Shown here: positions 16,385 through 26,909 of the stretch, piece by piece | Layout: every line of letters starts with the position of its first letter | Position numbering within the stretch: position 1 is the first letter of the stretch | Source: Candidatus Hodarchaeota archaeon | GTDB lineage: Archaea > Asgardarchaeota > Heimdallarchaeia > Hodarchaeales > Hodarchaeaceae | Direction of reading: 5' to 3' | Length of the DNA stretch: 33,791 bases | Assembly: GCA_016840035.1 (NCBI GenBank) | Contig: JAEOTC010000122.1 | Span: forward strand, 1 to 33,791 | Notes under the pieces: generated by a model | Database searches by the model: none | What the model saw: the letters and a program-made list of their open reading frames with translations, nothing else | What the model was told of the DNA's origin: nothing | Made by a program: the position numbers and the translations under genes

Positions 16385-19072
16385 ATGTGGACACCAGAGC
16401 TTAAAAAAATTAGTCAAATCCAATTTGGTATTTTATCACCTGATGAAATTCGGAAAATGGCTGTTACTAAGATCATTACAGCTGATACATATAATGAAGA
16501 CGGTACCCCTATCGAAGGAGGGTTGATAGATCGCCGACTAGGTACAATTGAACCTGGACAGCGATGTAAAACTTGTGGTAATCAGGTGGGAGATTGTCCA
16601 GGTCATTTTGGTATGATTGAGCTAGCACGACCTGTTATCCATGTTGGTTATGCAAAATCGATTATATACAAGCTTCTTCGATCAAGTTGTCGTGCCTGTT
16701 CTCGAATAATCCTAGATTCAATAACAATTAAGAACTATCACAAACAGATGGATGCACTTGCAGAAAAGGAAGACATCAAATCAGTTTCTGAACTAATAAA
16801 GGAGATTATCAAAGAAGCCAAAAAGAAGGCAGAGTGTCCTCATTGTAGCCAACCTCAATATAAAATTAAATACGAGAAACCGACTAGTTTTTTTGAGGAG
16901 ACTCCTGAAGGATCTGTTAGAATTACACCATCAGAAATCCAGAAACGATTTGAGGGCATTCCTACATTGGATTTAAGGTTACTTGGTATAGATGCACACC
17001 ATTCCAGACCTGAATGGATGATAATTTCGGTGTTACCAGTTCCACCGGTTTCTGTACGTGCTTCAATTACGCTTGAATCTGGGGTTAGGAGCGAAGATGA
17101 CCTAACGCATAAATTAGTTGATATTATTCGGATTAACCAGCGTTTAAGAGAAAATATTGAGGCGGGTGCCCCTCAACTGATTGTTGAGGATTTATGGGAA
17201 TTACTTCAATACCATGTTACGACTTTCATGGATAATGAAGTCGCAGGTATTCCACCAGCTCGACATCGATCTGGAAGAGCTCTTCGTACGTTAACTCAAC
17301 GTCTGCGTGGAAAAGAAGGTCGTTTTCGTGGTAATTTATCAGGTAAAAGGGTAGATTTTTCAGCCCGTACCGTTGTATCCCCAGATCCCAATATTTCTAT
17401 TAATGAGGTAGGTGTTCCTGAACAAATTGCAAAGATCCTAACGGTTCCCGAACGAGTAACAGAGTGGAACATTGAAGAAATGAAAGAACTGGTTATGAAT
17501 GGTCCCAATCCTGATATTGATGAAAAAACTGGGGTTTCACGTACAGGTTCAAATTATATAATTAGACCTGATGGAAAACGGATTGACCTCAGATTTGTTG
17601 GTGATCTCAACAAAACAGCAGAGATGATCGATCAAGGGTTCATTGTAGAAAGACATCTTCGTGATGGAGATATGGTTCTTTTTAATAGGCAACCTTCTCT
17701 GCACAGAATGTCTATTATGGCTCACGAAGTTCGTGTGATGCCATTTAAGACCTTCAGGCTCCATCTATGTGTGTGCACTCCCTATAATGCCGACTTTGAT
17801 GGAGATGAAATGAATTTACACGTCCCACAGAGCGAAGAAGCAAGAGCCGAGACCAGAGTTCTTATGCGTGTACAAGAGCAAATTCTTTCTCCAAGGTATG
17901 GAGGTCCTATAATTGGTGCTCTGCATGATTATGTATCAGCTGCTTTTCTATTGACAAGAAAAAAGACACTCATCTCTAAAGAGGATGTATGGCAACTATT
18001 ACTGGCTGGAAATTATGATGCTGAATTACCAAAGCCAGCCATCGCATACCCTGAAGAATTATGGACAGGAAAACAAGTTTTCAGTTTACTTCTACCCCCT
18101 GATGTAAATGTTACAACAAAAGCTAGAACTTGTCGTAAACACGAGCAGTGTAAGTCTGAATTGTGTGAATTTGATAGTTATGTGTATATCCGTAATGGCT
18201 TATTACTTTCTGGAGTAATAGATCGTCGTGCGATCGGAGCAGATGAGTCTGAAAGTGTACTACACGTTGTAGTCAAAGATCATGGAAGTGATCGTGCACG
18301 AGAATTCTTGGATTCATTAACCCAGTTATTATTAGAGTTTTTATCTCATGAAGGATTCAGTCTTGGTTATTCAAATGTTAATCTCCCTGATGAAGGTAAG
18401 AAAAGAATTGATATGCTTATTGAAGAAAAAGAAAATGCTGCAAATGAAATGATTGAAGCATATCGTAGAGGGGAGTTGGAACCTCTTCCTGGAAAATCAC
18501 TTGAAGAAACTCTTGAAATGAGGATTATGAGTATTTTAGCAAAAGCAAGAGACAGTGCAGGGAGTGTTGCAAACGATTATATGGGTATTTCAAACTCTGC
18601 GGTAGTAATGGCTTCAACTGGAGCAAAAGGTACTCAACTAAACATAGCTCAAATGGCTGCATGTGTCGGTCAACAATCAATCAGAGGAGAGAGAATTTTA
18701 CGAGGATATAGAAAACGAGCACTCCCTCATTTTAAAAAGAATGATATAGGTCCTGTAGCAAGAGGATTCGTCCGTGCAAATTACCGTTCAGGATTAAATC
18801 CAACAGAATTTTTCTTTCATGCACAAGGTGGTCGTGAAGGATTAGTTGACACAGCTGTTAGAACCTCAACTAGCGGATATCTCCAAAGAAGATTGGTGAA
18901 TGCCCTGCAAGATTTACATGTAAACTATGATATTATCGTCCGAACCACTGAAGGGGATGTAGTTCAGATGAAATACGGTGAAGATGGTGTGGATCCAATG
19001 AAATCGTATCATGGCAGACCAGTAGATATCGATACAATCATTGAGGAAGAAATTTCATCAGAGGAGAATTAA
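16385..19072 (+). CDS. rpoA1: DNA-directed RNA polymerase subunit A' (Rpo1N)
   Basis: CPGHFG Zn site, GRFRGNLSGKRVDFSARTV, NRQPSLH, catalytic YNADFDGDEMN, GREGLVDTAVRT. Confidence 0.99.
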   Translation: MWTPELKKISQIQFGILSPDEIRKMAVTKIITADTYNEDGTPIEGGLIDRRLGTIEPGQRCKTCGNQVGDCPGHFGMIELARPVIHVGYAKSIIYKLLRSSCRACSRIILDSITIKNYHKQMDALAEKEDIKSVSELIKEIIKEAKKKAECPHCSQPQYKIKYEKPTSFFEETPEGSVRITPSEIQKRFEGIPTLDLRLLGIDAHHSRPEWMIISVLPVPPVSVRASITLESGVRSEDDLTHKLVDIIRINQRLRENIEAGAPQLIVEDLWELLQYHVTTFMDNEVAGIPPARHRSGRALRTLTQRLRGKEGRFRGNLSGKRVDFSARTVVSPDPNISINEVGVPEQIAKILTVPERVTEWNIEEMKELVMNGPNPDIDEKTGVSRTGSNYIIRPDGKRIDLRFVGDLNKTAEMIDQGFIVERHLRDGDMVLFNRQPSLHRMSIMAHEVRVMPFKTFRLHLCVCTPYNADFDGDEMNLHVPQSEEARAETRVLMRVQEQILSPRYGGPIIGALHDYVSAAFLLTRKKTLISKEDVWQLLLAGNYDAELPKPAIAYPEELWTGKQVFSLLLPPDVNVTTKARTCRKHEQCKSELCEFDSYVYIRNGLLLSGVIDRRAIGADESESVLHVVVKDHGSDRAREFLDSLTQLLLEFLSHEGFSLGYSNVNLPDEGKKRIDMLIEEKENAANEMIEAYRRGELEPLPGKSLEETLEMRIMSILAKARDSAGSVANDYMGISNSAVVMASTGAKGTQLNIAQMAACVGQQSIRGERILRGYRKRALPHFKKNDIGPVARGFVRANYRSGLNPTEFFFHAQGGREGLVDTAVRTSTSGYLQRRLVNALQDLHVNYDIIVRTTEGDVVQMKYGEDGVDPMKSYHGRPVDIDTIIEEEISSEEN

Positions 19073-20278
<1,206 letters not shown>

Positions 20279-20280
20279 AT

Positions 20281-20583
20281 TTGAAACCAGACATTGAAAA
20301 AGCAATAAATATGGCAATGAGTACAGGAAAAGTTAGAATGGGATACAGTGATGTTTTAAAAAGTGTATTAAATGGGAAAGTAAAAGCTACGATTGTATCT
20401 AGCAATTTACCCCTAAATGTCGCAGAAGAATTAAAGAGAAATTGCGAACTCTCAAATATACCGATAATAAATTATGAAAAAAGTGGAAAAGAACTGGGAG
20501 CAGTATGTGGCCGACCACATAAGGTTTCAACAATTGCAATCTTAGATCCAGGAAATTCCAAAATTTTAGATTATATTGAATAG
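20281..20583 (+). CDS. rpl30e: 50S ribosomal protein L30e
   Basis: TGKVRMG, ELGAVCGRPH, ILDPGNSKIL; canonical position after rpoA2. Confidence 0.96.
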   Translation: MKPDIEKAINMAMSTGKVRMGYSDVLKSVLNGKVKATIVSSNLPLNVAEELKRNCELSNIPIINYEKSGKELGAVCGRPHKVSTIAILDPGNSKILDYIE

Positions 20584-20594
20584 GAAGTTCATCT

Positions 20595-21035
20595 TTGTCC
20601 AGTATTCGAATGTCTCAAGAAGAATTGAGCTTCATATCAACTCTAGAAGGATTAACAGGCGCTTTAGCTGTCGATTGTATTTGGGAAAAGGATGATAACA
20701 GAGTTATATTCATTGTTCGCAGAAATGACACAGGAAAAGTTATTGGGAGGGGAGGCACAACTATTCAGAGACTTCGAGAGCATTTCAAGAAAAATATCGA
20801 CGTTGTTGAATACTCAGAAAAAATCGAGAAATTTACATCAAATACGCTAGCCCCTGCTAAGACGAAAAATGTTGAAATTGTTGAAAAAGCAGGGAGGAAA
20901 ACAGTAATCGTTACAGTAATTCAACGAGAAAAAGGTAAAGCTATCGGAAAAAACGGTAGGAATATCCAACGATCAAGATTATTGTTAAAGAGACATTTTG
21001 GCGTTAATAACGTAATAATTCAGTGTCCTAATTGA
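20595..21035 (+). CDS. nusA: Archaeal NusA (two KH domains)
   Basis: GKVIGRGG and KGKAIGKNGRNI KH motifs, IDVVEYS; canonical position. Confidence 0.95.
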   Translation: MSSIRMSQEELSFISTLEGLTGALAVDCIWEKDDNRVIFIVRRNDTGKVIGRGGTTIQRLREHFKKNIDVVEYSEKIEKFTSNTLAPAKTKNVEIVEKAGRKTVIVTVIQREKGKAIGKNGRNIQRSRLLLKRHFGVNNVIIQCPN

Positions 21036-21173
21036 TCTAACTTAGTATTAAAATTGCCAAACTGTTCAAAAACCTAACTAAAAAGAAAGTTACATACGTT
21101 CATTGCTATATCAAAATATTAATTAAAGAGAATACATTAAACGCATTAATCTACACACTTTAGGCGAAAAAAT

Positions 21174-21617
21174 ATGACTGGATTAAAATCACCAAGAGGC
21201 GAATTCGCAGCAAATAAGCTGGTCAGGAAACGGAAAAAGTTTAGGTGGAAGAGTACTACATACAAGAGAAAAGTACTTCGCTTGAAGGAAAAATATGACC
21301 CTCTGGAAGGTTCCCCACAAGCTCGTGGAATTGTGATTGAAAAAGTCGGAATTGAATCCAAGCAGCCGAATTCAGCCATTAGAAAATGCGTGAGAGTTCA
21401 ACTCATCAAGAATGGAAAACAGGTAACTGCTTTTGTGCCTGGAGACGGGGGTTTACTCTTCATTGATGAACATGATGAAGTTTCAATTGAAGGTATCGGT
21501 GGAGGAAAAGGTGGAGCAGTTGGCGATCTTCCTGGTGTACGATATAGAGTTGTACATGTTAATGGTGTAAGTCTAAAGGCAATGCTCTCTGGAAGAAAAG
21601 AAAAACCCATGCGTTAA
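21174..21617 (+). CDS. rps12: 30S ribosomal protein S12 (uS12)
   Basis: [39 protein letters not shown]. Confidence 0.99.
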   Translation: MTGLKSPRGEFAANKLVRKRKKFRWKSTTYKRKVLRLKEKYDPLEGSPQARGIVIEKVGIESKQPNSAIRKCVRVQLIKNGKQVTAFVPGDGGLLFIDEHDEVSIEGIGGGKGGAVGDLPGVRYRVVHVNGVSLKAMLSGRKEKPMR

Positions 21618-21650
21618 TTTCTATCTTCAATTCTTATTTTTCTTCTTACG
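21618..21650 (+). terminator. Probable archaeal pyrimidine/T-rich terminator after rps12
   Basis: TTTCTATCTTCAATTCTTATTTTTCTTCTT directly after the stop codon. Confidence 0.35.
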
Positions 21651-21705
21651 AATTTGAGGGGGAGAAATATTTTTAGGGAATTTTTATACAAGCTTACGCA
21701 CAATA

Positions 21706-22392
21706 ATGTTCTCTATAAAGAATGCTCAATTTATTTTGCATTATCCATCAGCGATTGATTTTTCAAAGAGTGATTGGAAGCTATTTTATGATATAAAATT
21801 ACTTCTTGAGAAAATCAACATCTTTCATGATCCAAAAATTTACCTTGAACAATACTCTCTACCAAGTGACTTAATTTCTTATATCCTTATCTTAACAAAG
21901 AAAGATTTGTCTAATAAGAATGTTGTTGACTTAGGGTGTGGTACAGGCAGGTTCTCACTACCTATATCAAAATTTTTTTCTGATAGAGTCTTAGGGGTTG
22001 ATAATGACTTTTCTGTCCTTGAAAATTTACTTTGGAATATGAATAAACTCCAACTCCGAGTTGATTTGCTCCAATCATCAATTGAATTCGTAGAGAGTTC
22101 TAATTGGAGAAATATGTTCCAAACTACAATTATGAATCCCCCTTTTGGTACTCAGAGGAGAGGTATTGATCAAGTCTTTCTCAGAAAATCACTGATTTAT
22201 TCGGAAGTAGTTCTTTCAATACATAAATCAAGTAAACGATCGAGAAAATTATGGAAACAAATTGCTTCTTCATTTAATAAAAAGGCAGAGCTACTGACAA
22301 CCGTTGAGTTTTCCCTACCACGAACATTCAGTTTTCATACGCGTAACCAACATAAAGTCAAAGTAGATCTATTTCGATTCTTTAAGAATTGA
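21706..22392 (+). CDS. METTL5-family SAM-dependent (rRNA m6A) methyltransferase
   Basis: PKIYLEQY, VVDLGCGTG, MNPPFG, SIHK, FSFH; upstream of csl4 as in other archaea. Confidence 0.88.
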   Translation: MFSIKNAQFILHYPSAIDFSKSDWKLFYDIKLLLEKINIFHDPKIYLEQYSLPSDLISYILILTKKDLSNKNVVDLGCGTGRFSLPISKFFSDRVLGVDNDFSVLENLLWNMNKLQLRVDLLQSSIEFVESSNWRNMFQTTIMNPPFGTQRRGIDQVFLRKSLIYSEVVLSIHKSSKRSRKLWKQIASSFNKKAELLTTVEFSLPRTFSFHTRNQHKVKVDLFRFFKN

Positions 22393-22538
22393 TTTTAGCA
22401 ATTCTCTCACTATTTCATTCATTGCAGTTTTTGTTTTACCCGATATTGAAGGATTTCGAGATGTGAATGGCACAATTTTTCTGTGAAATTTGAAACAATC
22501 TCTAGCAGAATATTAAAATTATTCCCCATAATCTATAT

Positions 22539-23162
22539 TTGGGATTGGAATTGAGTAAAAAACAAGTAGAAAAATCAACTCAAAACCGAGTTGTACCAGG
22601 TGACAAAATTGCAGTAATAGAGGAGTTTCTACCAGATGAAACGTGCTTTGAGCAGGATGGGAGCATCTTATCGATGACAACAGGTGAAGTTTTACCTGAT
22701 CAGAAAAAGCATAAAATTACTGTAAAACCATTTAAACAGGTTTTACAACTGAGGAGAGGTGATGTCGGTGTTGGAAGGGTTGTTTATGTTAAAAAACAGA
22801 TCGCCTCTGTTGATATTCATAGGATTAATGAAACAAGCGTACCTCTACCAGTAAATAGCATATTACATGTATCTGAAGCATCAAAAAGGTTCGTAAGAAA
22901 TATGTATGAAGTTACCCGTCCTGGAGATTGGCTGAAATTTAAAGTTGTAAGGACCATGAAACCTGTATATATCAGTCTAATCGGTGAAGGCTTAGGAGTC
23001 GTAATTGCACAGTGTAACCATTGTGGGCATGATCTTAATTTTTACAGACGCAATACGTTAAAATGTCCGAATTGTAGTCTTGTTCAAAACCGAGTTACTG
23101 CAAAATCATTTGGGAAGCTCGTTACCTCATTTAAGAGGACTTCAAACAATGAAACCAGATGA
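22539..23162 (+). CDS. csl4: Exosome RNA-binding subunit Csl4
   Basis: VVPGDKIAVIEEF, S1 domain (LHVSE...RPGD), LGVVIAQCNHCG...LKCPNC Zn ribbon. Confidence 0.93.
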   Translation: MGLELSKKQVEKSTQNRVVPGDKIAVIEEFLPDETCFEQDGSILSMTTGEVLPDQKKHKITVKPFKQVLQLRRGDVGVGRVVYVKKQIASVDIHRINETSVPLPVNSILHVSEASKRFVRNMYEVTRPGDWLKFKVVRTMKPVYISLIGEGLGVVIAQCNHCGHDLNFYRRNTLKCPNCSLVQNRVTAKSFGKLVTSFKRTSNNETR

Positions 23163-23973
23163 TAAGAGAATATGGGAAAAATTAACTGATGACAACGATC
23201 GTTGGCGTAAAAAAAGGAAAGGGAAAGAGGATTATCAAACAATTAATGCAGTAATTGATGGAAATACAACAAAAATATTATCAGGTCTTCAGACTAGGGG
23301 AATAATTGGCACTATTACTGGCACGATAGCATCAGGGAAAGAATCAGGAGTTTTTCTTGCTAAGCTTGGTTCAAAAGGAAAAGCAATATGTGATGATCTC
23401 TCTGTTGGATCACCAATCGTTATCAAAGTATTTAGAACAAGTACGTTAAATTTTAAAAAAATTCAACAATATATCTCAGGTGATATTAGGTTTAGAAAAT
23501 ACAGCAAGAAAACTAGAAATGTTGTCAAATTGTGGGTTGAAAAAGAATACAGAAATTTGCATCGAAGTAATTCAGCTGGAGTAAATGTGCCAAAACCCAT
23601 ACTAGTGAAAGGTAATGTTCTGTTGATGGAATTAATTGGAATTGAAGGTTTTCCATCTCCTCTCTTAAAAGTTGTCCCCCAGGAAGCCACTGAAAATACG
23701 ATGACCGCTATCTTAGCCCAAATTAAAATCTTATATCAAAAAGCGAGTCTTATCCATGCTGATCTATCCCCCTACAACATTTTGATAAAAAATTCTGTTC
23801 CGTATCTCATAGATATGAGCCAGAGTGTCACTACTTCTCATCCAAAAGCAAAAGAATTTTTGGAAAGAGATTTAAACAATATCTTGTTTTATTTCTCAAC
23901 AAAAGGAGTTAATTCACCTGCAACTGAGACAATATTTAATGATATAACAATGAATGAATTAAATTCTGATTAG
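23149..23973 (+). CDS. rio1: RIO1-family atypical protein kinase/ATPase
   Basis: ASGKESGVF, IKVFRTS, WVEKEYRNL, LIHADLSPYNIL, IDMSQSV, FLERD. ATG 23149 is preferred over the track start 23080. Confidence 0.93.
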   Translation: MKPDDKRIWEKLTDDNDRWRKKRKGKEDYQTINAVIDGNTTKILSGLQTRGIIGTITGTIASGKESGVFLAKLGSKGKAICDDLSVGSPIVIKVFRTSTLNFKKIQQYISGDIRFRKYSKKTRNVVKLWVEKEYRNLHRSNSAGVNVPKPILVKGNVLLMELIGIEGFPSPLLKVVPQEATENTMTAILAQIKILYQKASLIHADLSPYNILIKNSVPYLIDMSQSVTTSHPKAKEFLERDLNNILFYFSTKGVNSPATETIFNDITMNELNSD

Positions 23974-23984
23974 GAAATGAACTT

Positions 23985-24551
23985 ATGAGTATTTCTTGTA
24001 GAATAAAAATCCCAAAAAGTCGAATTGGAGTCTTAATTGGTAGAAATGGAGAAACAAAGGCAGAAATTCAATCACTTGCTGGTGTAAAAGTTCATATCGA
24101 TAGCGAGGATGGATCTATAGAGATTTCTTCCACTGATGAGACAGTTGATCCTACAGATGTATGGAAGGCACGAGATATAGTAAAAGCCATAGGAAGAGGA
24201 TTTAATGCCGATAAAGCTTTTTATCTAATTGATGATAGTATTTATTTAGAAACTATTCAGCTAGAAGGATCTAGAAATAATATTAAAAGACTCAAGGCTC
24301 GATTAATAGGTGAAAAAGGTAAAGCACGAAATATGATTGAGTCTGGAACTGATACCTATATTTCTATATTCGGCTCCCAGATATCTATTATCGGAGATAT
24401 TGACGAAATTCGTTCTGCAAGAGAAGCAATTGATATGTTAATAAGAGGTTCAAAGCATGGGACTGTTTACAGACTCTTAGAACAAAAACGCTTTAAATTA
24501 AGACAGGATCCTATGAAAATTTGGAAAGACCTCCCTCCGAAAGATGATTGA
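23985..24551 (+). CDS. dim2: KH-domain pre-rRNA processing protein Dim2/Pno1
   Basis: RIGVLIGRNGETK, KAIGRGF, RLIGEKGK, GSKHGTVY; follows rio1. Confidence 0.92.
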   Translation: MSISCRIKIPKSRIGVLIGRNGETKAEIQSLAGVKVHIDSEDGSIEISSTDETVDPTDVWKARDIVKAIGRGFNADKAFYLIDDSIYLETIQLEGSRNNIKRLKARLIGEKGKARNMIESGTDTYISIFGSQISIIGDIDEIRSAREAIDMLIRGSKHGTVYRLLEQKRFKLRQDPMKIWKDLPPKDD

Positions 24552-24594
24552 AACCTTTTTAAAAAATCAACAAATTAACAGAAAATAGTCAATT

Positions 24595-24669
24595 GGGCCG
24601 ATAGCTCAGCTTGGTAGCAGCGCCTGGTTTGCATCCAGGAGGTCGTGGGTTCAAATCCCACTCGGTCCA
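24595..24669 (+). tRNA. tRNA-Ala(TGC), no intron, CCA not encoded
   Basis: Acceptor GGGCCGA/TCGGTCC with the G3:U70 identity pair and A73; anticodon arm CCTGG-TT-TGC-AT-CCAGG; T arm GTGGG-TTCAAAT-CCCAC. Confidence 0.96.
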
Positions 24670-24811
24670 TGTAATTGCTCCAACTCACTTTTTATACAGA
24701 TAACTTTTTCCTGGATAATCCTGCATATTGATTTCATATCTAAATGACAGATGGGGGAACTTCCTGTTTTGTATTGGGATTTAATGCAGAGAAAGAGGAA
24801 AAATGAATTTA

Positions 24812-25024
24812 TTAAGAAAACAATGAGCCAAGTTCTCTTAATAACTCATCTGCATTCATCAGTAACCAATCTAAAACTCCAGTTACAATAGAAAAGATTA
24901 GCAAGAAACCGAATAAGCTCAAACCTATTAATATACCTTCCTCCACAAGAGGCGAGCCTCTCCTTTTAGATTGAATTCTTTTGAACTGTGAATGAGCCTT
25001 TCTTAACCTTTTATGCCTTTTCAT
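24812..25024 (-). CDS. Putative Flp-like type IV prepilin (class III signal peptide)
   Basis: Basic leader ending KRRG, then SPLVEEGILIGLSLFGFLLIFSIV (Glu at +5, hydrophobic helix) and a short amphipathic tail; 47-aa mature peptide. Confidence 0.65.
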   Translation of the reverse strand: MKRHKRLRKAHSQFKRIQSKRRGSPLVEEGILIGLSLFGFLLIFSIVTGVLDWLLMNADELLRELGSLFS

Positions 25025-25128
25025 GATTCCATCACAATAATAAATATTTGGTTGCTTTTAATCTCCTAAATTTCTAGGTTTTTGGGACTTTAAAATGCAA
25101 AAAGATAACTATGAAGTTGGTGTAGTAC

Positions 25129-25719
25129 TTGCGGTTAGTTCCTTCGAAAGAAAAAAAACCATTAAAAATAGTCCTTTTGGGAGAAGGCGGTGTGGGAAAA
25201 ACAACAATATCAAAATCTTACATTGATAACTACTTTTTTACGAAATCAAAACAAACAATTGCTGTAGAATTTCATTCAAAGATAATTACACGTTCAGATA
25301 AGGAAGTTAGTAAACTTCAGATTTGGGATCTTGGGGGCCAAGGGCACTTCAAACATATGGGTGTCTTTAGTGAATTTTGTAGGGGAGCTGATGCAGCCTT
25401 ACTTTGCTTTGATCTTACAGATCTTTCATCCTTATTCAATCTTGCAGAATGGCTTGGGTTCATTGCTCCCACTATTCCTAGGTTTTTGATTGGTACAAAA
25501 TCTGACCTAGCAACTCAAGATGAACAGAATTTCAATCTAGAACGTTATGTTCACAGATATAATTGTGTCACATCATTTAAATGTTCAGCTAAAGATCTGA
25601 AAACGGTTATGAGTATTTTCGAGAGCGTTCTACAAACAATCGAAAGAAAAAACGGCAAAATGAGTAATATATCTTCAGAATCGAATTCTCACATTTCTAA
25701 TAGACTTTTAGTTTCATGA
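25129..25719 (+). CDS. Ras-superfamily (Rab-like) small GTPase
   Basis: G1 GEGGVGKT, G2 QTIAVEF, G3 KLQIWDLGGQ, G4 GTKSD, G5 CSAK. Confidence 0.95.
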   Translation: MRLVPSKEKKPLKIVLLGEGGVGKTTISKSYIDNYFFTKSKQTIAVEFHSKIITRSDKEVSKLQIWDLGGQGHFKHMGVFSEFCRGADAALLCFDLTDLSSLFNLAEWLGFIAPTIPRFLIGTKSDLATQDEQNFNLERYVHRYNCVTSFKCSAKDLKTVMSIFESVLQTIERKNGKMSNISSESNSHISNRLLVS

Positions 25720-25729
25720 GGTACTAGTA

Positions 25730-26479
25730 ATGCAAAAACTGTTAAGAAAAACCATGAATGAGCAATCTTCACGAATTCCAAGTGGAGTTATTGGCTTTGA
25801 TAAGCTTGTAAAAGGAGGATTTAGAGAACATTCAGTTAATGTGATCATTGCGGATCCTGGCTGTGGTAAGTCCACTTTCTGTTGGCAATATTGTTCCAAT
25901 GATCTGAATATTCCAGCGCTTTATGTGTCATTAGAGCAAAATGTAAACTCCGTATTAAGAGATTGCAACGATATCGGATTAAAGAAATTCAATAAAAAAT
26001 ATAGAGAAGGAAATTTGCAATTCCAAGTTGCTTTCAATGTCGAATCTGAACTAACTTCAGGAGAAATTGGATTGAGATTTTTCATGAATGAGCTACCTAA
26101 ATATCTTGAAGTAATCAAGGAAACGGCCTCTAAATACTCAGGAGGAATTCGAATCGCGATTGATCCTTTAACGCCATTACTACTAGAAATTTCGGACCCA
26201 AATCAACAGAGAAATGCAATCAACCGAATTTTTTCATCGCTAAGAGAGATCGGAACTGCAGTGGTCACACTAGAAAAAGGTTTTGGCGATGTATTAGCAA
26301 GAATCCCTCTTTTTCTCTCAGATTCTATAATAGAGCTCGAGCATATTGGGCTAGGGGGTATATACAACCGCACATTGAGTATCAGAAAATTTAGAGGATC
26401 ATCTCATTCTGAAACTCCTCAACCAATTGGTTTTCAAAAGGAAAAAGGATTAATTGTTTATGATATCTCAAATACATGA
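25730..26479 (+). CDS. Single-domain KaiC/RAD55-like RecA-superfamily ATPase
   Basis: RIPSGVIGFDKLVKGGF, Walker A DPGCGKST, YVSLEQ, Walker B IAIDP, RTLSIRKFRGSSHS. Confidence 0.9.
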   Translation: MQKLLRKTMNEQSSRIPSGVIGFDKLVKGGFREHSVNVIIADPGCGKSTFCWQYCSNDLNIPALYVSLEQNVNSVLRDCNDIGLKKFNKKYREGNLQFQVAFNVESELTSGEIGLRFFMNELPKYLEVIKETASKYSGGIRIAIDPLTPLLLEISDPNQQRNAINRIFSSLREIGTAVVTLEKGFGDVLARIPLFLSDSIIELEHIGLGGIYNRTLSIRKFRGSSHSETPQPIGFQKEKGLIVYDISNT

Positions 26480-26909
26480 TATTGAAGCTCATACATTTAC
26501 ATTAAATAGGGCAATCGAATCCATTCAAAATGAGGCCAACCACTTATTTTTATTTCAGGATGTAAAAGCAGCAATTCTTTTCCGTTTGGATGGGAGAGTA
26601 ATTACCTCTTTTTATGAAATGGAAACATCTAATTCTATATTATCTGTTATCAAATGGGTCAAAGAAATTATCTCAAAAACTAAAGATGAACTTAAACATG
26701 GTGCAAGTTCAATTAAGTATAATAAACGGAGTCATCAAAATGAATCATTACCAGTTTATTTTTACCGTACTGGAAATTCTGGAATCTTAGTAGTTATTTT
26801 ACATTCAAAAGCTAATACAGGATTAATGGAAATAGAGATGAGTCGAACCGCTAGACGATTAGGGATAATTATTGATAAAAAAAGGCCAATAGGGGATTTA
26901 AATATATGA
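26460..26909 (+). CDS. Roadblock/LC7 (MglB/LAMTOR-like) domain protein
   Basis: DVKAAILFRLDGRVITS and ILVVILHSKANTGLMEIEMSRTARRL match the roadblock strand/helix patterns; overlaps the KaiC-like gene end. Confidence 0.8.
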   Translation: MISQIHDIEAHTFTLNRAIESIQNEANHLFLFQDVKAAILFRLDGRVITSFYEMETSNSILSVIKWVKEIISKTKDELKHGASSIKYNKRSHQNESLPVYFYRTGNSGILVVILHSKANTGLMEIEMSRTARRLGIIIDKKRPIGDLNI

